Below, one piece after another: positions 55,076-64,000 of a stretch of DNA of 64,000 bases. Origin of the DNA: Antedon mediterranea (lineage: Eukaryota; Animalia; Echinodermata); assembly GCF_964355755.1 (NCBI RefSeq), contig NC_092677.1, positions 25,655,175 through 25,719,174 of the forward strand, given 5' to 3'. The number at the start of each line of letters is the position of its first letter. Positions within the stretch are counted from its first letter, which is position 1. The translations under genes and the position numbers were made by a program. The notes under the pieces were generated by a model. The model had not been told where the DNA came from. It saw nothing but the letters and a program-made list of their open reading frames with translations, and ran no database searches.

Positions 55076-57069
55076 ATTTAGAATATTTTGACCTTCATAT
55101 TTGTGTGTTTCAAGGGACAATCCATATACAGTATTTCAACAAGAAAACTACACCCAATGAAATATGTCAACCCATAGATATATATCTCTACAGGCAAACA
55201 TATGGAATACACAATAATTGTAGGTTGTAATGGTAGGGTATTTATCCTCGTTAAGAGTTAATTAGTGAAAGATTAATGAAGGCTTTACTTTGATACAAAA
55301 GTTTTTGTTTTATTATGCAACAGATGTTTGTCAATGATTTATAGTAACAGGCATTCATGTTTCATAGCTTTAATATTAAAGTTATTTGTTTAGTTTTGAT
55401 ATCTTGTTGTTTTCATATTATTGTTTTTTGTTTGTATTTAAACTTATTTCTGCTTCTAAGGACATTGAATTAAGCTCTGCCTAGACTATCAAACTTTATG
55501 TGACAAAAAAGTGTGATGTGCCCATACATGGACATGATGATGTCATATCACTACCATATTTGAGCACATCACACTAGTTTGATAGTGTAGACAAAGCTTT
55601 AATAAAGAATTTAAATACATTATTTGTTTTTCTTACCAAGATGTGCTTTTTTTTTACAAAAAAACAAAAAAACAGTAACTTAAAATTGCAATACAGAATA
55701 GTTTATGTTAACAAAACAAACTATTTATTTATTAAACAAACTTGGGTTGAAACATAGCAAGTTTACGCTCTTCTTTAAAAAAAATACTGATTTCTATTTA
55801 TGAGGTGGATATGTCGGTCGCATAAAAAATAAAATAACCGAAAATACCCTACTAAATGGACCACAATTCAACTAATTTTCATTCATCCCCATATACAGTA
55901 TTTTAATGTTTTAGAATAATCAGTTTCTCTCTAAAATTAAAACTACTAGTTTGTCATTTAGTTTTTCATAATTTTTCATAGATTCTTCTCCTTTTTATTT
56001 ACGAAGAATTATGGACAATCCCATATCAATATTTCTGGACAATTCCATATCAATAACTCTGGACATTCTCCAAGTTTGTAACGTTCCGTTCTTGGATGTG
56101 GATTACAAGAGACATGTAAACACCATTTTGTTTATAAAATATTATGTCTCTAAACATGTCTGCAACGGAACGATCCATTTTTGGTCTAGGGGTCATTTAT
56201 ACCAATTAATTACTAACAAATTATTCTTAATTTATGCAAATTAATGTGATTTAGATTCTACAAAATGGCTATGATAGAATACTTGGCTAGAAATATTTAC
56301 AGGTAGCCCAGCCCAGTGGGCTAGTGGAAAAAATATCCATTTTAAGTGAATATAAAAATTGCATTTTAGTTGTTTAATATTACTGAATACATAAGTCCTT
56401 AAATCTAAATACTTTAAATATTAATTGTTTATAAAAATACTTGTTTTCTATTTATTTTTAATTCTATAATTTATACAAATCAGCTGTTAGTGGGTGTTTC
56501 ACAATGTGAAGCAACATTGCATAGTAATAACACTATATAACACTATATAACTATACATCCATTCTATACTGTTTCTTCCAATATTATATAACAAATAGAT
56601 AACTTATATAATTGAACACACACTCTTAAACTTGCTCCTCACTCCAAAACTTGAAAACCGCCCAGCGATCAACCCAAAATAAATTATATAATGATAGTAA
56701 ATATAAAGAAAATGTTTTATATTATTGTTGATTGTAATTTAGTACTTCTTAGTAAAAATAAAACTTGTTAAATATTTTCAATATATATATATATACTTTC
56801 AGACTTAAAAAATAATAACTTATTTGCCATTGGTATAAATAACATACAATATCATTCAGCACACACTATAATGGCGTCGGGCGTTCTTGGATGGGTAGGT
56901 AGCCAAAGTTGCCCAGAAGCTTGGAAGCAATCCACAGTTTTCAACCACGATGAATAAGGAAGCAGAGCAACCATTATCAAATGGTTGAACATGCATGTTA
57001 CCGGACACAGAATTGCTTTGTTCTGCAGTTATGTAATTCTTCCTAAAACAGGGGCCTCAGGCCTCTGTG

Positions 57070-60000
57070 TTATGCGACTGCCTGACAAGAGCTATATTAA
57101 CAATTCCAATGAAGCCATGTGGATCACAGAAAATAAACACATAGCATTAACAATTCAGGGGTTTGTAAATGACGAAGCACTAACACGTAACATTAATAGT
57201 CTCTCAAAAATCGATATTCAAAACTAGTATTAGTATAATTAATTTCCCCTTGGCAGTAATCAGGGAGAACGTACCCATATCTGTCTTCCTCTGGATCTGG
57301 TTAGAATTAGTACCACTCATTTTAAAACAGTACATTTCTGACAATTAAAGTATACCTTACTCTGAACAGATGGAATGCTAAACATTTATTTTGGGCTACT
57401 AGAAAAATGGCATTGGCTATTAAAGAACACTATCATTGGCAAGAACAGTGGCGTAACGGCTATGAGCCCTCACTGGTTATACCCAGGGGCCCCAAAGCAT
57501 GATCAGTCCAATGCAACTACCCAGCGTTGGAGGGCCCCTCAGGAGTGCTAAACAAGGCTTTTGCCCTGTGCATTACGCCACTGGGCAAGAATAAAAGATG
57601 ACTATATATGAAATCCTAATAAAATAATAAAACTATCCATATACACTCCCAGCACACTGATGTACAATTTTGTAATTTTAATTATTCAACTTAATTATTC
57701 ACATTTCCCCCGCAACTGCAGTGTACAGATCCATCCATACAGGGCATTGGTGAGATACTACTCCATTTAGGGACCATCCATTTGGGATCAGAGGGTGAGT
57801 TAATTTGTCTCTGCACACTCCAGTGTTACCTGCAAAGTAAAAATAAAATATAAATGAATAAAAAATAGAGAGAAATATTAGTAAAGCATTAATTTCAGTG
57901 ATGATAATAATAAACAAAGATTAGAAATCATGTCAAAGTTATTCTACTGCAGTAACTATGATTTTTACTGCAGTATGATTTTAATTTGTTCCAATGTAGA
58001 GGTTCATCCATGCCATAAACAGAGTGTAAAATTATCTAAAATAACTAAATATTTACATATTGTAATGACCATGTCAAAAATCAAACAAATTGTAGCTACT
58101 GTACTGCATTTACTGCAGTAACTATATGTTTTACTGCAATAATGTATGATTTTAATTTGTTCCAAAGTAGAGATATATCCATGCCATAAACAAGAGTGTA
58201 AAATGATCCGAAATAACTTGCTAAATAGTTACTACACAATGGACAGATGAACGGGCGCCGTTTGGTGGCAGCACTCGACACGAAGGGACCCTTCGGGGAG
58301 CAGAAAGTTGTAGTATGTGTCGTCCACACCTGTGCGCAATTCAGCAAGTTATTCCCCATTTACATTACATAAAAACATAAAGAGCAAACTAAACACTATA
58401 CTGCAGTAACTGCAGTAGAATAATGATACAACAGACGCAGATAATAAAAATAATTAAATTGAGAAACCTGTTAGAAGTTTGGTAGCAGGATGGTTACTCC
58501 ATATGTTGCTTTGGCATTGTGTCCCTTTCATGTTGTTCAATGCAATGTTTGTGTACTGGTATTCCTCAATTATGTTCTGGAAGCCCTTCTGTCTCAAAAC
58601 ATCAAAATCGTCTTCAAATGGAGAACAGTCAAAATCACCAAGAATGATTAAATTTTCATCTTCTGAAAAACATAATTCACAAAAATAATTATAATGCTTG
58701 ATTATTTATCTTCATGTTTGTTTGCAGATAGAGCAGATGGAATCAAACAAACCTCTGTCCACACTATCAAACTATTTTGACAAAAAAATGTGATGTGCTC
58801 AAATATTGTAGTGATATGCACAAATATGGTAGTGATATGACATCATCATGTCACAATTTTATCATATTTTTTGTCACATATGCTGGTAAATTTAGAATTT
58901 CTTTTAATGGAGCTCAACTTTGGAATAATTTACCCTTAGTTATAAAATGTACCTCTTCTAGATTTAAATTCATAAATGAAGTTAAATGTTTACTTTTACA
59001 AAAATATTAATGTTAGCCCTTGTTTACGTTATTTCTTTCATATAGTTGCTGTTTCTTTCTTATTGAATTATTGTTGATAGATGAAAATGTATGCATTATG
59101 ACTAATTTATTTTTTGTGACAGGAGTCAAACCTTGATTAGCGAAAGCTATTTTTTTGCTCCTTTTCACACACACATACATATTGTATTGTATTGTACTAT
59201 TTATGTATGATGATGTGAATAAAGTTGATATACAGTAGTAATAAAGTTTGATAGTGTAAACAGAGCTTTAGGTATTCTTATAGACAACTGTTGATCAGAC
59301 ATGGTTGCTAGCCTATAAATACAGACACATGAACGTATTGTCTGTGCTATGTATTATTTGCCTCGGGCTGTTTGGGTGTGTGAAATAAAATCATGCATTA
59401 CCTACCGTGAAGTTCTGCACTGACAACTTGAGATAAGGCGTTCATTGGGTCATAGCCACCCTGAAAACAAGTATACAATAATATTAATAAGCACAAGACA
59501 ACTTTAATGAGGAATTTGACAAGCATTAAAAAATTTATTTTCTAGGTAATGCCAATCCATAGAAGAAAAATAAAAGATTAATATTTTAAAGATATATTGT
59601 CCACCTAAAAAATATTTTTTTGTGTACATTTTTTTAAATTGAATATGCCATTTTAATGTCACATAATAATTATTCACTTTGATCAAAAACTGGATCGAAA
59701 AAAAAATTCTTTACCTAAAAAAGCAAAAAATATTTAAATTGTCTATCAGACAATGGTTTTTGGTTAAAATTCAACGTTTCTTTTGTCTTTGTAAGTGAAA
59801 TTTTTGAATAACTTTAAAATGCAAAATGGTTTGAAGTCTGATTTGATTAATTTTCATGTTTTTGGAGGAGAATACATCTTTAAATTAAAATACACACTTC
59901 TGTCCACTTGAATTCATCTATCATTATACTGTATACAAGACAAATAAACACACAAATTATAGTTTTTGTAGATTTTCTAATCTGCTTTGTTGGCAACTGA

Positions 60001-62980
60001 AAACTGCTAGTAAAGTTGGAGTATTTCCAAGTGCATATGGCGTGATATATTGCATCATACCTACAGGAAATTATACTAAATGTTCTTTTTCAATCACCAA
60101 GTACACATTTTGTTTACTGTTGTACACAATATTACACCTTGCGTCTTTAAAATATATACAAATAAATTAAATTATATATATCTACTGAACAGTATAGAAA
60201 TATTGTAAGTCTTTGGACTCTCTCAAAATATCCTCAAAATCAAACTTTTCTTGAGTCCAAAACATCTCCAAAATTTTTTTTTAACACATCAAAATTTCTG
60301 GAAAACTAAACATTATTATGCCAACCAAAAGGTGTCCAGTATTAGTGGAGTTGACAGTATTTCTCACACACTTACTGCAAATACTAAGTACTTGATAATT
60401 GGTTTTTTATACGATTATTTCGAGACCAGATTTACTTACTAATTATTTAAAAATTAAAAAAAACAATAGTCTGTGTTTCTTTTGGAGTTTTGTTATTGTA
60501 AATTAAAACTTTGATTAAAAGTAATTTTTTATACAATATTATTTTGGAACCAGTTGAAATTTTCTTACTAATTATTTAAAAATAAACAATAATTTAATTA
60601 TCTTTTAGAATTTTTTATTTATAAACTAAAACTTTTGATAAAAGTCCATCTATTAACACTGTTCATTAGCTAATCATCATTAGGCCTGCTATACCTAAAG
60701 GTCATGGTAAATAACACTACAAGTGCATTTATTAAAGAACGAAGCCTCTCTTTACTTATTAGACATATCTAAATAAAACACCAGGACATGAGTCAAAGTA
60801 ATATCCTTCTTGTTAGCCACGTGGATGTATTCACTTGAAAAAAATGCAATTTATTATAAATGCAAATTAATCAATAAATATTCAGACGTTTAGTTTTATT
60901 AACATTTTGTTCTTTTTATTAGTGAAATCGTTAAAAATAAAGAATAATAATTCTATTTATGCAAATTATAATAATAAATGCAGTTTTTGTCTCCTATGTA
61001 GTAAAAATTAATTTAAATAAGTCAAAATTGTATAAATTTTTTTACATGGTTTTGTATTGTTTTCTGTATGAATATTGTATTGTGTTGTTAACTGTATCAG
61101 AGCAACACAATTTTTATGCATATTTATGCAATGATTTCATTTAATTATTTATTCGGTATATTTCAGTATATACATAAAAAAAAAATGAAATGAGACCAGG
61201 TGACCCAACCCCAAAGTGAGTGAGTGAGTGGCCAAGCGGTTAAGACAGTGGAACATAACATCGGCAGGGGTTCGAGGTTCACTCACTCCATGGTTCTGGT
61301 GGTAGAACGAGTCTTCTCGGATAAGGACTATAAACCGTAGGTCCAGTGTACACATCTAGCTCGTGTGCACTTTAAAGAACCTAGTACATCTTTCGAGACG
61401 AGTAGGGGGTTACCCCGGTGTATTAGTACATCACAGCCACTGATCACCAACTGAGCCCTCTGGGAGACCAGTCGTTGACTGAAGAGGTTACCCATAAATA
61501 TATGTTTCAATCAATCAAAGTCAGTTTACATATAAAAGACATATAGACAAAATACAGTTTTAAAGCAAATCAAAATTAATGTGAACTTTTCTAATGAAGG
61601 CTGATGGAAGCTGATATAAGAAATGGCAATAAAACTATCACATAGTTTCAAATCTATTTTCCTAAAATGACCAAATCTCATCTCTCTCATTTTAAGATTG
61701 GGGAGATGACCTAGGTACAATACTTATTATTACTGTACATTTCTATATTAAATTTAAACAACAGTTTTTAGTATTTCAAAAATTGACAAATATAATTTTA
61801 TCTTATCATTTTAAATTTCATAAAGGTCAAATGACTAACCACTTCAATGATGAGTAGTAAAAGATTTCTTAAAACTTGTCCAGAAAATGTTAGTAAGAGT
61901 GTTACCCCCAAGGTCACATCTTAATGATAATAATAATAATATCCTATATAATCTGATAGCAATTCCATGTGGCGGCAATGGATGCTATTTTTAGTATATT
62001 ATTCCATATTGAGACTAGACTTTGTAACAATAAATATATTTGCATAAAATGGTCATCAAAATTAAGAAAAGGTCAAACAATCCTGTTTTTCCATTCAGGA
62101 GAAACTTATCGCAATATTTTTATCCGCCGATTTTACAACAAATTTCTACTTTTAAATTGGTCATCACAATTTATGTCAACGGTCAAACAATCCTGTTTTT
62201 CCATTCAGGAGAATCTTAATATATTTTTATCCGGCCGATTTTACAATCAATTTCAACTTTTAAAATGTATGATGCCTATAAATAAACAATATTATAATTC
62301 TTTACTGACATTTCATGCATTTTTTATATTTAATTTATTGCACCGGAATATAAATTTTTACATATATGCAATTTTAGATCAATTTCAACCTTTTTGCACC
62401 AGAATATTAATAAAAACGGTTTTTGTTTTATTGTCTTAATTGGTGGTCATCGCAAGATATTACAGTTAGATGTTAATTGTTAAATTCGTCTTCTTCTCTG
62501 TACAACCATAAACTGTTTTCATCTGTATACAATTCTTTACAATAAATATGTAAAGCTCTGTCTACACTATCAAAACCAAAAACGTGATGTGCCCATATAT
62601 GACCATGATGATGTCATAGCACTACCATATTTAAGCATATCACTACCATATTTGGGTACATCACACTTTTTTGATAGTGTAGACAGAGCTTTAGTGTGTG
62701 ACGTTTCAACTTGTAGCTTTATTTATACATACTGGTTTATGTAAAATATTGAACAATATCTTACCCATATTCTTTGCAGAAGACTACCCTGATGCGAGTT
62801 GGAAGATGCGATGTGTACGCTTACTACCGAAATCTCAATTTGTCCGACACGGAAACATCCCAGGAATGGCCAGTGCAGTGGCGTTCCATTCTGAGGAAGC
62901 TTGAAGGAGCTAGCCAACAGCGAGGAATCCTCCAGCACCAACACGTCAGCGTTCCATAGGAAACCTAGATATTCAAAACC
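57070..62980 (-). CDS. EEPD1: EEPD1-like endonuclease/exonuclease/phosphatase-domain protein, 3' part (5' exons lie beyond the window)
   Basis: Exons 62980-62765 (GFEYLGFLWNAD...PFLGCFRVGQIEISVVSVHI), 59460-59406, 58662-58468 (ENLIILGDFD...YTNIALNNMKG...NIW) and 57829-57703 (GNTGVCRDKLTHPLIPNGWSLNGVVSHQCPVW) join in phase. They resemble the vertebrate EEPD1 C-terminus (GFLW, VIILGDF, TNIS, REGLTNPWIPDNWSWGGVASEHCPV), recalled from memory. The CDS ends either at the TGA at 57699 or via exons 57296-57275 and 57081-57070. Confidence 0.85.
57446..57583. mobile_element. hAT MITE
   Basis: TIR CAGTGGCGTAA...TTACGCCACTG with a perfect 8-bp TSD GGCAAGAA. A related right end lies at ~1860-1912. Confidence 0.9.
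58880..59240 (+). mobile_element. 5'-truncated CR1/L2-group LINE 3' end inserted in a MITE
   Basis: Encodes GKFRISFNGAQLWNNLPLVIKCTSSRFKFINEVKCLLLQKY*, the typical WNxLP ORF2 C-terminus. A 3'UTR with AATAAA follows, then the MITE sequence resumes. Confidence 0.7.
61222..61500 (+). mobile_element. Deu/Nin-domain tRNA SINE
   Basis: Same family as the copy at 54133-54425. Confidence 0.8.
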
Positions 62981-64000
62981 CTAAAAAAGAAAAACAAAAT
63001 TTATATCAATTTTTTATTATTCAATTCAATTCAACTTTATTTTTCAGACAAACTATCCATATGAAAAATATACATAAAAAAAAGACAATAAAAAAAAGAG
63101 AGAAAAATACTGTACAAAGCATTATGTGACAACCATAATGAATCTGTTGACATGGTGCCTCTCTCCACTTAAAATACATTTTGGAATCAAACATTATTTA
63201 ATATTCATATATACAGTTTAACATTCTGTTTATCCTCAGAAAATGGATAGTTAGTCTGGGCATTCGGACAAATATAAATATGAAAATAGATCGACAAAAT
63301 TATAAGCGAAAAGTAGTAGGATTTTAAAGGTGGTCCCTAAATGAAAGTATTGAACTATGTTATGGTGTTATACTGTGCAACATATGATTGCTTAGCAGGT
63401 GCTCATTGATCACCTATAGAGAATCCACCTCCGGTCAAAAAAAATTCCTACTCCAGCATAACCTACTCCAGCATGTTATATACCGGCACCTTTCAATTCA
63501 CGGCATCTGATTGGTTAATCTATAGTTATTGCTATGCCTTCTAACTATAGACCAACTAAACTGCGCTTGTCTGTTCCTTCTATCTTCAATCGGATCCACA
63601 GGCACGGCGCGACACAACGATTGCGTAGCTAGCCCTAGCCTACAATGATTTACTTGTGTATGAACTGACTTAGAGGACTTTAGCGGCCAGTTAAAATATG
63701 AAGCAACATAGTATGATTTGGGAATATTTATTGCATATCTGGAAGCAATGAAGTAAAAAATGCAGGCCCTTTTTGTTTGCTTTTTCACAGCAAAACTGTG
63801 CCACAAACTAGGCCTACTCCAACCAAGTCCATGTTTGCGTTTGCTTCGGCCTAGAGCCTAGCCAGCCAAATTGGGTGGTACGGTAAATAAAACAAATATT
63901 TACTGGGCTTTCATCGCGGCATGGTAACAAATATATCCTTTTTGATCTGGAGACTATACTATTCTATATCCCTAGACTCAGCCCAGTAAATATTTGTATA

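Noticed and set aside
61969-62439. 156-aa plus-strand ORF
   Set aside because: AT-rich, contains a ~109-bp local duplication, lies antisense within an EEPD1 intron, and has no recognisable domain.
63498-63806. 102-aa minus-strand ORF as a further EEPD1 exon
   Set aside because: No resemblance to the expected upstream EEPD1 sequence and no convincing splice sites.

Overview
AT-rich animal genomic DNA, most likely from a marine invertebrate (inferred from GT-AG introns and Deu/Nin-domain and CORE-type SINEs). I reconstructed three intron-containing genes by hand. (1) A complete ATP2C1/SPCA Golgi Ca2+/Mn2+ P-type ATPase on the minus strand: 23 coding exons, 45471->17039, 927 aa. (2) A head-to-head RNF212-family meiotic RING E3 ligase on the plus strand: 16 coding exons, 47269->54505, about 344 aa. 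(3) The 3' half of a convergent EEPD1-like gene on the minus strand, 62980->~57.1-57.7 kb. The first 12 kb hold an 8.5-kb hierarchical satellite (98 bp -> ~570 bp -> 2.26-kb higher-order repeat) sitting inside a tandem array of palindromic MITEs. Introns are packed with MITEs (more than 20 copies of one Harbinger-like family), a Sola2 transposon, Helentron-type elements, a solo LTR, tRNA- and 5S-derived SINEs and minisatellites. The most unusual recurrent signal is that several tandem repeats arose directly from exon ends or splice sites of the host genes. There is no CRISPR array or prokaryotic system. All calls are by eye, with no database searches.
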